This document shows positions 30,470 through 39,797 of a stretch of 64,000 nucleotides of DNA, one piece after another. Numbering within the stretch: position 1 is the first letter of the stretch; the number at the start of each line of letters is the position of its first letter. The notes beneath the pieces were generated by a model that saw nothing but the letters and a program-made list of their open reading frames with translations, did no database searches and was not told the DNA's origin. Made by a program: the position numbers and the translations under genes. Source of the stretch: Bacteroidota bacterium (GTDB lineage: Bacteria; Bacteroidota; Bacteroidia; Bacteroidales; WCHB1-69); assembly GCA_009786185.1 (NCBI GenBank), contig WQTS01000142.1, forward strand, positions 14,523 to 78,522, read 5' to 3'.

Positions 30470-31918
30470 TTAATCGGGCCGGTTCTTAAAAAACTCATGA
30501 ATATCATCTTCCAAGATAAAAGAGGAAGACTGATTGTTTTGAATGGCTTTATCCTGATAATCTTCTTTATTTTCTTGGCGTAACCGTTCAATAGCCGGAG
30601 TGCCCACTAAAAAAGAAAATTCATTATCATCTTCATATTTAGGATCATAGGTACTTCTGATTTGTTGAGGACCTGCACCGTCAAAAATGGAAACCGGAGG
30701 CGCTGTAACCAATACCGGTTCTGTAACAACTGTTATTCTTGTTACTTCCGGCTCAGGATTGTTTAGAAAACCGAAGCCATTATCTTCTTTTCTAAGATTT
30801 TCAGGCTCATTTTTCAAAGCAGATTTCATATTTTCAAGCGAATAATCTGCAAAGACAGTGCTTTCTTTACTCACAAGTTGTGCATCCGGTTGTTTCTCTC
30901 CTTCATACACCTCGGAATTCTCTACGATATCAACAACCTCTTTAGTATCAGTAGAATAATTAGAAATAATTACGGAAAGTTTGATTTTGTCGCCCAATGC
31001 AGGATCTTCATTTCTTCCCCAAATTACATGGGAATTTTTGTTTTTAAGATCTTCAAATTTATCTGTAAGTTTCTCTAATTCAGATATGCGCAATTTTTTC
31101 TCTGAGCCATAGCTAATGCTGAAAAGGAAATTTCGGGCATCGGAAATATGCTCTTCTGTTAACAAAGGACATTGTAGCGCACGATCAAGTACCTCATCAA
31201 TACGATTTTCTCCGCTGGCTTCCCCTATGCCCAACATGGCGGTGCCACTTTGTCGCATAATAGAGTTAACATCATTAAAATCAATATTTTGCTCTAAATT
31301 TACAGTAATTAATTCGGCAATACATTTCACGGCATTTTTCAGTACATCATCGGCATATCCGAAAGCTTTATCAGCTTCTTCATCATTATAATGCTTAATG
31401 ATATTTTGATTTTTTATGACAATTAACGAATCTACGTGTTTTCTAAGTTCTTCCAAACCGGATTCGGCAAGCTGTGCGCTTCTGGTACCTTCAAACTTAA
31501 AAGGCAAAGTTACCACTGCAATGGTTAAAATATCCATTTCTCTGGCTATTTCCGCCACTACAGGCGCGGCGCCTGTTCCTGTTCCTTTTCCCAAACCGGC
31601 GGTAATAAAGAGCATTTTAGTCTCTGTACCAATGAAATCTACAATTTGCTGGCGACTATCTAAGGCAAGCTGGCGCGCTACCTCAGGTTTTGCACCGGCG
31701 CCCAATCCGCTTTCTCCCAACACCAACTTTGAAGGTATCGGACTGGCTTCCAATGCATTTCTATCGGTATTACAAATTAAAAAATCTACACCAATAATTC
31801 CTTCTTTGTACATGTGTTTTACGGCGTTTCCGCCGCCGCCGCCCACACCAATCACTTTAATAATAGATTGTGAGGCTTTTGCGCCATAGTCGGGGTTGAA
31901 GTCAATTCGTTCTCTCAT
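30470..31918 (-). CDS. ftsZ: Cell division GTPase FtsZ
   Basis: GVGGGGGNAV, and GLGKGTGTGAAPV in place of the usual GMGGGTGTGAAP. Confidence 0.97.
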   Translation of the reverse strand: MRERIDFNPDYGAKASQSIIKVIGVGGGGGNAVKHMYKEGIIGVDFLICNTDRNALEASPIPSKLVLGESGLGAGAKPEVARQLALDSRQQIVDFIGTETKMLFITAGLGKGTGTGAAPVVAEIAREMDILTIAVVTLPFKFEGTRSAQLAESGLEELRKHVDSLIVIKNQNIIKHYNDEEADKAFGYADDVLKNAVKCIAELITVNLEQNIDFNDVNSIMRQSGTAMLGIGEASGENRIDEVLDRALQCPLLTEEHISDARNFLFSISYGSEKKLRISELEKLTDKFEDLKNKNSHVIWGRNEDPALGDKIKLSVIISNYSTDTKEVVDIVENSEVYEGEKQPDAQLVSKESTVFADYSLENMKSALKNEPENLRKEDNGFGFLNNPEPEVTRITVVTEPVLVTAPPVSIFDGAGPQQIRSTYDPKYEDDNEFSFLVGTPAIERLRQENKEDYQDKAIQNNQSSSFILEDDIHEFFKNRPD

Positions 31919-31940
31919 AATAAATTACCTGTTTTTAAAA

Positions 31941-33332
31941 TTATGATGTTTTTTCTGTTAAACCGTCTAAAAATTTCTTAATACTGTCCCAGATTGCGTT
32001 TTTGCCGGAATCTGTTTTTTTGCCGCCATCTGTTTTCGTACGCCCTTTACCTTTGGGCGGAAGATTTTCCGCCCCTACATCCTTCTTGCTTTCTGCTTTC
32101 TGCTTTCTACCTTCTGCCTTCTGCTCTTCCTCATGCTCAAACCCTTCTAAATCATTGCTTTGAATCCCATGTTTCAGCAACCCCAACGAAGTAGCAAACA
32201 TCGGATCTTTTAATTCAGCGGGAATAGAATTAACAAAGCCGATATCGGGAATTCCGATGCGGGTATTGCGTTGTAACGTGTACTGACACAGTTGTTTTAG
32301 GTGGCGCAACGATGAGCCGCCGCCGGTCAGTACCACACCGGCGCGAATTCGTTTATCATATCCCGATTCTGTAATCGCTTTTTGAATTTGATTTAAAATA
32401 TCCATCTGCACCCGCGAGTAAATAATTTCAGCCAAAAAAGGCTCGCTAATTTGCTTGGGCGCACTTTCGTGAAATTGAGGAATATTGATGAAATTGTTTT
32501 TATTGCTTTTCTCAATGACGCAAGTTCCGTAGCTTATTTTTAATTTTTCTGCAAGATCTTCAGGAATTTGGCATACGTTTGCAATATCTTTGGTAATCAC
32601 AGATCCGCCAATGGGAATTACTTTTGTAAATACGGGATTTCCGTCCACATAGATCACTACATCGGTAGTGCCACCGCCAATATCCACTAACACAACGCCT
32701 TGCTGTTTTTCTTCGTAGGTAAGACACACCAAAGAGGAAGCAATCGGTTCAAGAATAATATCATTCACCGTAAGCTCACAGTCGTTGATACAGCGAATTA
32801 TTTTCTTGATTTCAAAATCGTTACCGGTAATAATTTGAAAATATCCCACGATCAGTTCGCCTAACTCGCCTACTGGCTCAGTAGTTTCGCGAATGCCATC
32901 AATTACAAATCGTTGCGGGATAACGGTAATTATTTTTTCCCCCGGTCTCACAGAGATATTTTCCAAATCTTCCACCATTTTATCAATCTCTTCCTGACGA
33001 ATTATTTCTTCTTTTCCGTTTCTTCGGGTAACCGTGTGTTTAAACTCCATGCTGTTGATGTGCCGTCCGGCAACACCGGCATATACCGAGTCAAACTCTT
33101 GATTAGAACGGCTTATCGCTGTATTTTTTGCAACATTTATGCCGTCAACGGTTTTGTTAATGTTAAAAATCAGTCCGTGCTGAACACCGGTAGAATCTCC
33201 TTTCCCATAGCCTAATACATCAATTTTTCCATCGCTGTTTTGAAAACCGATAATCATTGCTATTTTGGTGGTTCCAATATCTAATCCCACTACAATTTGG
33301 GGTTGTTCTTGAGTTTCTTTATGCTGTACCAT
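31941..33332 (-). CDS. ftsA: Cell division protein FtsA with Lys/Gly-rich C-terminal tail
   Basis: VGLDIGTTKIAMIIG, DIGGGTTDV and LTGGGS are actin-fold motifs. Confidence 0.95.
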   Translation of the reverse strand: MVQHKETQEQPQIVVGLDIGTTKIAMIIGFQNSDGKIDVLGYGKGDSTGVQHGLIFNINKTVDGINVAKNTAISRSNQEFDSVYAGVAGRHINSMEFKHTVTRRNGKEEIIRQEEIDKMVEDLENISVRPGEKIITVIPQRFVIDGIRETTEPVGELGELIVGYFQIITGNDFEIKKIIRCINDCELTVNDIILEPIASSLVCLTYEEKQQGVVLVDIGGGTTDVVIYVDGNPVFTKVIPIGGSVITKDIANVCQIPEDLAEKLKISYGTCVIEKSNKNNFINIPQFHESAPKQISEPFLAEIIYSRVQMDILNQIQKAITESGYDKRIRAGVVLTGGGSSLRHLKQLCQYTLQRNTRIGIPDIGFVNSIPAELKDPMFATSLGLLKHGIQSNDLEGFEHEEEQKAEGRKQKAESKKDVGAENLPPKGKGRTKTDGGKKTDSGKNAIWDSIKKFLDGLTEKTS

Positions 33333-33334
33333 GG

Positions 33335-34102
33335 TTAAGATTTTGATTTTTTTGCCACAATTCTATTTTTAAATCGCACATCTAATTGTGCATATTTATC
33401 TTCAGCCATATATAGAATAACCTCCTCATACATACGCTTTAACGTTTTCAGCTTGCTTTCGGCATCTTGCATTGTGCCAAACAACACAGGAAGTTTTCCA
33501 ACAGAAGGATGTAATACAACTTCTTGTTTATCATTCACATACATTTTATGAAACAAGTCGGAATAAAATGGATCTTTTTTAATTAACGAAGCGATAGTGA
33601 ACACTTCATAAAGTTCTTTATTTTCGGGAGTAACGATTTCATTTTTCCGAAAGGTATTGTTAATAAAACCATTAACAACAATTACATCATTTCCCGCTTT
33701 TGGTGAATAGGGCAAATAGGTACCTTCAACATCTAAAAGAAATTTTTCTCCGGTATTGGAATTTACTTCTAACAAAATATCATGCAAACTCACTTCAATT
33801 TGTAATTTTGAACCTGAAAAATGCACTTTATCTACCGATTTTATGTACTTTTCTTGTGCAAGAATTTTATTGATAGAAGCCAGTTCTACTTCCTTAATCT
33901 TTTTCCCTTCCCACTCTACATTATTCTGTTTCAAAATGTGTAAAATGTCTGATTCTGTGAGTAATGTCGGCTCTCCTGAAGCGTTAATAATAATCGAAGC
34001 GCCGGTACTTGTTTGATTGTTTGCTCTGATTCCGGACCATATCATGAGACCCACAATTCCCAAAATGAGCAAAAAAGAACCTATAATTTTAACTATTTTC
34101 AT
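33335..34102 (-). CDS. ftsQ: Cell division protein FtsQ
   Basis: It has a single N-terminal TM and a POTRA-like region, and sits immediately upstream of ftsA-ftsZ. Confidence 0.75.
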   Translation of the reverse strand: MKIVKIIGSFLLILGIVGLMIWSGIRANNQTSTGASIIINASGEPTLLTESDILHILKQNNVEWEGKKIKEVELASINKILAQEKYIKSVDKVHFSGSKLQIEVSLHDILLEVNSNTGEKFLLDVEGTYLPYSPKAGNDVIVVNGFINNTFRKNEIVTPENKELYEVFTIASLIKKDPFYSDLFHKMYVNDKQEVVLHPSVGKLPVLFGTMQDAESKLKTLKRMYEEVILYMAEDKYAQLDVRFKNRIVAKKSKS

Positions 34103-34262
34103 ATGATATGCAAAAAATTTCTATGAATCACAAAAATACGTAAAAACATAGCTTTTCTGACAACAATTTTACCATAAATAATAAACAGCGCAATGTTAAT
34201 ATGTAGCGTTAGGTTGAAATAATCCGTAACTATCAGCGTTCGTTTATAAAAACAAAGAAAAA

Positions 34263-35309
34263 ATGAAATTACCGCGTCGAAATTTTTGGATCATTATTGC
34301 TATTTTTGTTTTATTATCAGCAGTTTTTTTCTTGTTCTTTGCAAAAAATAATACGCCAAAAAATAACATTCCTCTTTCCGAACTCAAAGAAGCTAAAAAA
34401 CAACTCAACATTCAAATTTTACGTTACGATGAGGATCTTTTTTCTTTAGATATGAATAATTTAGAAAAAGAGATTGAGCGCTTGTCAAAAATATATCCTC
34501 CGTTGCTCATTGAGCCGAATATTTGGAATGATCCGGTTAGAATGGAGGGACTAAGAGCCTATTTGCAAGATACCGTCATTATTGCGCTTCATGAAGCTAC
34601 AGAAAAAGCAATAAAAACCGACATTATTTTAAGAGAGCTCAAACCGGCATTCGGATATTATAAGGTTTTTTACCCAAACGATTCTATTCCGGTAATTATC
34701 ACCATGCTTCCCGGGCTTGATCTTTCCGTGCCTTCCACCTATATATATGATGATGTTTTGTTTGTAAATGTTGACATGTATTTGGGAGCAGATAATCCTT
34801 ATTATAAGGCTATTGGAATGCCTGTGTATATTGCAGAGCGGTGCGAGCCTGTTTATTTGCCTGTGGATATTTTCAAAAAAGCCATAGTGCATAAACATTT
34901 GGCAAGAGCGCCGCGCACCACACTTTTAGATGTTATGATTACCGAGGGTAAAAAACTATATTTCACGGAAATGATGTTTCCCGATCTGCACGAAAGATAT
35001 ATTATAGGATACTCGGAGGAAAAGTATCACTGGGCAAACCATTTCTTAGGCAATGCCTGGAGTTATCTGATTGAGAAAAACGAACTTTTCGGAAAAGGAG
35101 AAGCGTTGATACGTGCTTATATCGAGGAAGCGCCTTTTATTAAGTCATTTGGAAATGACTCTCCGGGACGAATGGGCGCATTTATAGGCTGGAAATTGAT
35201 ACAAAGTTATATGGCAAACCATCCGGAGGTAACCTTACCGGAACTTATGGAAGAAGTTGATTATCAAAAGATTTTAAACGCTTCAAAGTTTAAGCCGCAG
35301 CCAAAGTAA
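34263..35309 (+). CDS. GldB-like gliding-motility lipoprotein family protein
   Basis: The C-terminal pattern NDSPGRMGAFIGWKLIQSYM...KFKPQPK, and the overall length, resemble GldB as I recall it. Confidence 0.6.
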   Translation: MKLPRRNFWIIIAIFVLLSAVFFLFFAKNNTPKNNIPLSELKEAKKQLNIQILRYDEDLFSLDMNNLEKEIERLSKIYPPLLIEPNIWNDPVRMEGLRAYLQDTVIIALHEATEKAIKTDIILRELKPAFGYYKVFYPNDSIPVIITMLPGLDLSVPSTYIYDDVLFVNVDMYLGADNPYYKAIGMPVYIAERCEPVYLPVDIFKKAIVHKHLARAPRTTLLDVMITEGKKLYFTEMMFPDLHERYIIGYSEEKYHWANHFLGNAWSYLIEKNELFGKGEALIRAYIEEAPFIKSFGNDSPGRMGAFIGWKLIQSYMANHPEVTLPELMEEVDYQKILNASKFKPQPK

Positions 35310-35398
35310 ATTTTTTTGAAAAAAAATACATTTACCCCTTGACAAACGCATTTTCAGAACGTATATTTGCGGCGCATTATTAACTAAATTTTACTACT

Positions 35399-35833
35399 AT
35401 GTCTGGAGTGAACAAAGTCATTCTTATTGGCCGCTTGGGCAAGGATCCCGAAGTGCGCGCCTTTGAAAACAACGTGAAAAAAGCTGCTTTTACGTTAGCT
35501 ACCTCTGAAGTCCGAAAAGATAAAGAGGGCAACAGAATTGAATCAACCGAATGGCACAACATTGTCTGTTGGCGCAATTTGGCTGAAATTGCCGAACAAT
35601 TCCTTACCAAAGGAAAACAGATCTATTTGGAAGGCAAAATCCGTACTCGAAGTTGGGAAGAAAACGGCGGGAAAAGGTACATTACCGAAATCGAGGCAAG
35701 TACGTTTACCATGCTTGGTTCTAAAGATGAGAACAGACCTACGGAAACGCAGGTTGCGAATCTTCCGCCGCCTCCTTCCGTAACTGCCCCCGAAGCGCCT
35801 GTGCCGGATTTTGCGGATGATTTACCGTTTTAG
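35399..35833 (+). CDS. ssb: Single-stranded DNA-binding protein
   Basis: OB-fold N-terminus (VNKVILIGRLGKDPE...TEWHNIV.W) and an acidic tail ending DDLPF. Confidence 0.95.
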   Translation: MSGVNKVILIGRLGKDPEVRAFENNVKKAAFTLATSEVRKDKEGNRIESTEWHNIVCWRNLAEIAEQFLTKGKQIYLEGKIRTRSWEENGGKRYITEIEASTFTMLGSKDENRPTETQVANLPPPPSVTAPEAPVPDFADDLPF

Positions 35834-35840
35834 ATTGGGT

Positions 35841-35926
35841 ACACAGATGACACAGATTTAACAGATGACCACAGATAAATATTGAAAAAATCTGTGTAAA
35901 TCTTGTCTAATCTGTGTCATCTGTGT
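35841..35926. repeat. Long hairpin built from inverted ACACAGATGACACAGAT repeats (probable bidirectional terminator at the island boundary)
   Basis: ACACAGATGACACAGAT (35841-35857) is the perfect inverse of ATCTGTGTCATCTGTGT (35910-35926). An inner pair is ACAGAT/ATCTGT. It sits between the convergent ssb and DUF262-HNH genes. Confidence 0.65.
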
Positions 35927-35934
35927 GCTTAATT

Positions 35935-37080
35935 TTACTTCCCCGATTTTCTTCTATTACAATCTTTGCACAACATTTGGCAATTTTCCTCTATGGTCTT
36001 GCCGCCTTCGTGCCAAGGCGTAATGTGGTCGGCCTCCATTTCTGATAGGTCAAAATGCTTTTCGCATTTAGTGCAAATTCCGTTTTGCCGCTCAAAGACT
36101 TTTTGTTTCGTACTATCTGTAAAAGCGCGTATGGAGAGATATTTTTCATCACGAGTAAGAATATAGGGGTAAATTCCGCTCTTTTTGGTAACATCGTCAT
36201 CGGCAATTAGTCTGATAGTTTCTTCTTCTATGGTGTTTGTGTCGTATATTTTATCTTTGTATTTGTTGTAGAGCGCGCCCCAATCCACGCCTTTCATAAA
36301 TTTTCTTTTGTTGGTAAAAGTGGTATTTACCCACGTAATTACATCTTGAAAATACCTCCACAATGCGCTTGCATTGGGGTCATGTTGATGCGATGCCATG
36401 TAATTCTCAATATTTCCTTTTGAAATCCAATCTATGGCAGTTTCCAAATAATCTTGACGAATGGAAGATCCGATTAAATAATCTTCGCCTATTCCTGAAG
36501 CGGGGCACCCTCTTTTGCTAAAATATCTTTTGGCATCGGAAACCCATGAGCCGGCATACACTGCATTCCGCAATTCCTGGTCGGTTAATTTTTCTCCTGC
36601 GATGTTGATGGTTTTGAACCATTCCAATTTTTCACTTTCGGTTCCGCTGCAAAGATAAACCATTAGTTTATAGCTTAATAACTGTTCTTTTTCGTCATTT
36701 TGCAGATTATGAAAATATCTGTTTTTAAAAGCAAAGTCGCCTTCCACAAACTGGCAAATGGAAATGGTACGTTGTTGGCCATCAATCACTTCGTAAACGG
36801 TGTCGTCATTGCGGGCGTGACCCGCAATTCCATTATTCAGAGGATTCTGACTTTCGTCAGAATGACGGCTATTCACCGCCCAATACATTACGTTCAATGG
36901 ATAATCTTTTGTAATAGTGTCAATCACAGCATCTCGCTGCTTGTCTTTATAGATAAATTCTCTTTGAAACGGTGGACGAATATCTAATTTGCCGCCATAA
37001 CCGACAACTCCGTTTTCATTATGGTCTTGATAATTATCCGTTAATTCTCTAACTGTAATTTCTTTAAGTTCGATTTTCAT
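35935..37080 (-). CDS. DUF262 (ParB-like nuclease/NTPase) - HNH endonuclease fusion protein
   Basis: RPPFQREFIY and IDGQQR (DUF262). The C-terminus CTKCEKHF...ADHITPWHEGGKTIEENCQMLCKDCNRRK is HNH. Its start overlaps the methyltransferase stop (ATGA, 37077-37080). Confidence 0.8.
   Translation of the reverse strand: MKIELKEITVRELTDNYQDHNENGVVGYGGKLDIRPPFQREFIYKDKQRDAVIDTITKDYPLNVMYWAVNSRHSDESQNPLNNGIAGHARNDDTVYEVIDGQQRTISICQFVEGDFAFKNRYFHNLQNDEKEQLLSYKLMVYLCSGTESEKLEWFKTINIAGEKLTDQELRNAVYAGSWVSDAKRYFSKRGCPASGIGEDYLIGSSIRQDYLETAIDWISKGNIENYMASHQHDPNASALWRYFQDVITWVNTTFTNKRKFMKGVDWGALYNKYKDKIYDTNTIEEETIRLIADDDVTKKSGIYPYILTRDEKYLSIRAFTDSTKQKVFERQNGICTKCEKHFDLSEMEADHITPWHEGGKTIEENCQMLCKDCNRRKSGK
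36804..36867. repeat. Compound palindromic element inserted in frame in the DUF262 domain
   Basis: Hairpin ATTGCGGG-CGTGA-CCCGCAAT (36808-36828), hairpin ATTCTGAC-TTTC-GTCAGAAT (36844-36863), and outer CGTCATT/AATGACG. Translated as RHSDESQNPLNNGIAGHARND just before YEVIDGQQR. Confidence 0.6.
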
Positions 37081-38111
37081 ATTTTTTTGTTTTTGATTAC
37101 TATTCGTGCGTATGTTGCTTTCCCGTTTACAACAAAACCAACGAAATTTTTATGTTGCTCATCAAGATAATACGGTTCAGCTTGTATAAAAGCATCGTCT
37201 TTTTCTCTTTTATCATTCGCAAGTCCAATTATTTCAAATTGGTCGGGATTGTATTTATCTAAAAATGTTATGGGTACACCTATAACTCCATCAAAATCCA
37301 TAGGAATATCTTTGGTTTTATCCACATTAATGGCATCATAATTATCGTATTTGGGATATTCTTCGGGAGTATATTTTTTGTAAAGTATCAAATCTTCGTG
37401 CCGTTCATTGTAATCCAAATTAGTAAACCAACGCACACCCTTAACGCGAATAAACTTTTTTCCTTGATTATCAATTCTATAACCGGCAGCATTCAAAGGA
37501 TAGTCATCAGGAACTCCAAACTCTCTATCGCCGCTGTGAATACTGGCTCCTAACCATAATTTATTCTCTTTAATCAATTTAAAAACCTCTTTATAAGTTA
37601 CGGCATTGACGTTTCCGATAATCAAGAACTTTTTATCGTACTCAACAAGTTGCGCCACATACTCTCTAAACAAAGAAAACGGCGGATTTGTTACTACAAT
37701 ATCGGCTTGTTTTAGCAATTCAATGGTCTCTTTACTGCGAAAATCACCATCGCCTTTTAAATGTTTAATGCCGATTTCGTTTGGGTCAGGAACATTATTT
37801 CCGGTTTTATCCCCATTATATTCCAAATAAATAGCTCTTTCCGAATCATTTTGGCTGAACAAATCCGCATTTTGATTTTTGTAGCAAGTAGTAATCAGTT
37901 TTTTGAGACCTAATTTTTCAAAATTGTATGAAAAATAGTGGAAGAAATTGCTTATGCGTGGGTCATCGCAATTGCAATACACTACTTTGTCTTTGAAGTG
38001 GGTTCTGTAATGTTTTAATTCTCGTTCAATGTCTGATAGTTGGGTGTAGAATTCGTCTTTTTTGGAGGTTTTTGCGTTGTGGAGGTTTTTGTTTAGGGAT
38101 TTTTGTGTCAT
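37077..38111 (-). CDS. N6-adenine DNA methyltransferase, EcoRI-methylase-like family
   Basis: DEFYTQ, VYCNCDD, IVVTNPPFS (NPPF catalytic motif), and GVPITFLDKYNPDQFEIIG. The likely start is the ATG at 38111 (MTQKSLNK); the track ORF extends to 38222. Confidence 0.8.
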   Translation of the reverse strand: MTQKSLNKNLHNAKTSKKDEFYTQLSDIERELKHYRTHFKDKVVYCNCDDPRISNFFHYFSYNFEKLGLKKLITTCYKNQNADLFSQNDSERAIYLEYNGDKTGNNVPDPNEIGIKHLKGDGDFRSKETIELLKQADIVVTNPPFSLFREYVAQLVEYDKKFLIIGNVNAVTYKEVFKLIKENKLWLGASIHSGDREFGVPDDYPLNAAGYRIDNQGKKFIRVKGVRWFTNLDYNERHEDLILYKKYTPEEYPKYDNYDAINVDKTKDIPMDFDGVIGVPITFLDKYNPDQFEIIGLANDKREKDDAFIQAEPYYLDEQHKNFVGFVVNGKATYARIVIKNKKI

Positions 38112-38399
38112 AAAATTAGTGTTTTTCTGCACTAACTTTATTCGGAACAAAAAGAAAGCGTGAGATTCTTTGTTCTCCTCAGTGGGCCTAGGAACCCGAT
38201 ACAGAAACAAGAGAAAGCTCACGCAGTCGCGTAAGCATTTACTAACTTATTCTTCTGTATCTTTTGAAATTTCCTAGGTTTCTGAGGACAGAATAATAGC
38301 TAATGCTATGTTTTTATTTTAATTTATTGGTTTATATCATAGGGATTATTTATTGGTTTCTTATTTTGGTTTAATTTATGTGATTTCGTTGTTGAACAA

Positions 38400-39053
38400 T
38401 TATTTATCCGAGTTAGATATAGTATTTTTTAATCCATATTTGTAAATATCCCTACCAAATTGAGTTGGATAAATATCAGCAGACCAAACACTCATTTTAA
38501 TTACTAAACCAGAAGACTGCAAGTTCCCTTCTGCAGTTACCCTATCTTCATCATAATTTTGAACTTCTTTTCCTTTTTTTGTATCGATTCGAGGAATGAT
38601 TACCAAATTTTTTAAATCAACTCTTTCAAGACAATCTGTTAGTTGAAGAAAATGTTCCCAATCAAAATCTCCATTCACATAAGAAGCAAATAGATTACAA
38701 TAAATACCTATTTTCTGTGTGTTTTTCAAATCATCAATGTACTCAATTAAAGTTTCTGTAATTTTTATTCTATAGTTTTTATCATTTTGGATTTTATTTT
38801 TGAAATCATCTAGCTTTTGTTCGTCTATGTTTTGATTTTCAAAATCTTGTAAGAATCGTATAAATTTTTTAATAAAAATTTTGTCTCGCAAATTTATAAA
38901 TCCCTTATACGTTGAAATAATTTTTCCAATATGTGGTATTCCTTCAAGAATTCCAGAATCTATTATTTCAACAAAGTCAACTTCATTAAGCTTTATTTGT
39001 TCCGTTGATTTTCTGTTTGTCAGTGAAAGAGCAAAGTTGTCAATATTTTTCAT
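38400..39053 (-). CDS. Hypothetical protein (gene 4 of the AT-rich ParA-led operon)
   Basis: 217-aa ORF in the same strand and operon context. I recognise no motif. Confidence 0.55.
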   Translation of the reverse strand: MKNIDNFALSLTNRKSTEQIKLNEVDFVEIIDSGILEGIPHIGKIISTYKGFINLRDKIFIKKFIRFLQDFENQNIDEQKLDDFKNKIQNDKNYRIKITETLIEYIDDLKNTQKIGIYCNLFASYVNGDFDWEHFLQLTDCLERVDLKNLVIIPRIDTKKGKEVQNYDEDRVTAEGNLQSSGLVIKMSVWSADIYPTQFGRDIYKYGLKNTISNSDK

Positions 39054-39086
39054 ATTTAATATATCTATTCAATTTTCTATTTGAGC

Positions 39087-39797
39087 CTATTCCATTAATT
39101 TTTTTCTCATAGTTTTAGGAATGCAGTCAGTAATTAATTTTAATTCGACAGGTTGAAATTTGATATTATTATGAAATTTGAATAATAAAAAAATTATTTT
39201 GTAAATAGTAATATTTATTCCATATAGAACTCGTGAGTAATCTATTGTTTGCCGCAAGTCTTGTAAACTTTTTGCCAATCCCATAAAATGGATTCCTTTG
39301 GCATGAACATAATTATTAAGTTTTGTATATTCATTAAAAATATAATCATTAAAATCTTTATTTAGTTTATCTTCTAAAAACTTAGGATGTGTAATAAGGT
39401 AGTTTTTTAAATTAATTATAGGAGTATATTCATTTTTGCCATTATTCAAATGAAAAAACTCTATTTCATGATTAAAATAAAAAATATGATTATAAAAATT
39501 TTCAATTACCTTTCTATAAGTCATCATGCTTGTATTATGATAACCAAATATAGCATGTGTAATAAGTAAAAGTAGATCAGATCGAATTTCTTGTAGAAAG
39601 ACAGTCCTATTAGGGATTTTTTCTACTTGAGTTACTTTTATTTGAATTAATGAAAGCGCGTAAAGTAATGAATGAAACTTTTTAAACTCAGGTAAAGCGC
39701 TAACATCTTTTGATAAAGTATCATTGATTTTTAAAATTTCATCCTTGAAGAGAAGGAAATCTTGTTCCTTTTTCTGTGATTCAAAGATAGAACTCAT
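39087..39797 (-). CDS. Hypothetical protein (gene 3 of the AT-rich ParA-led operon)
   Basis: 236-aa ORF, helical by composition. Its start codon overlaps the upstream gene's stop at 39797. Confidence 0.55.
   Translation of the reverse strand: MSSIFESQKKEQDFLLFKDEILKINDTLSKDVSALPEFKKFHSLLYALSLIQIKVTQVEKIPNRTVFLQEIRSDLLLLITHAIFGYHNTSMMTYRKVIENFYNHIFYFNHEIEFFHLNNGKNEYTPIINLKNYLITHPKFLEDKLNKDFNDYIFNEYTKLNNYVHAKGIHFMGLAKSLQDLRQTIDYSRVLYGINITIYKIIFLLFKFHNNIKFQPVELKLITDCIPKTMRKKLME

Noticed and set aside
31416-31889. A 157-aa plus-strand ORF, with similar plus-strand ORFs at 30878 and 31116, opposite ftsZ.
   Set aside because: These are shadow ORFs antisense to a confidently identified gene. The same applies to 8998..9351 and 9258..9458 (opposite purE), 15096..15895 (opposite rluF), 27337..27945 and 26443..26805 (opposite leuS), 29473..30102 (opposite the caspase gene) and 22421..22753 (opposite queA).
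38112-38222. A 37-codon N-terminal extension of the methyltransferase ORF (MSFLLFLYRVPRPTEENKESHAFFLFRIKLVQKNTNF).
   Set aside because: The extension runs through the inverted-repeat region and has no MTase-family counterpart. The family N-terminus (KDEFYTQ) follows shortly after the internal ATG at 38111.
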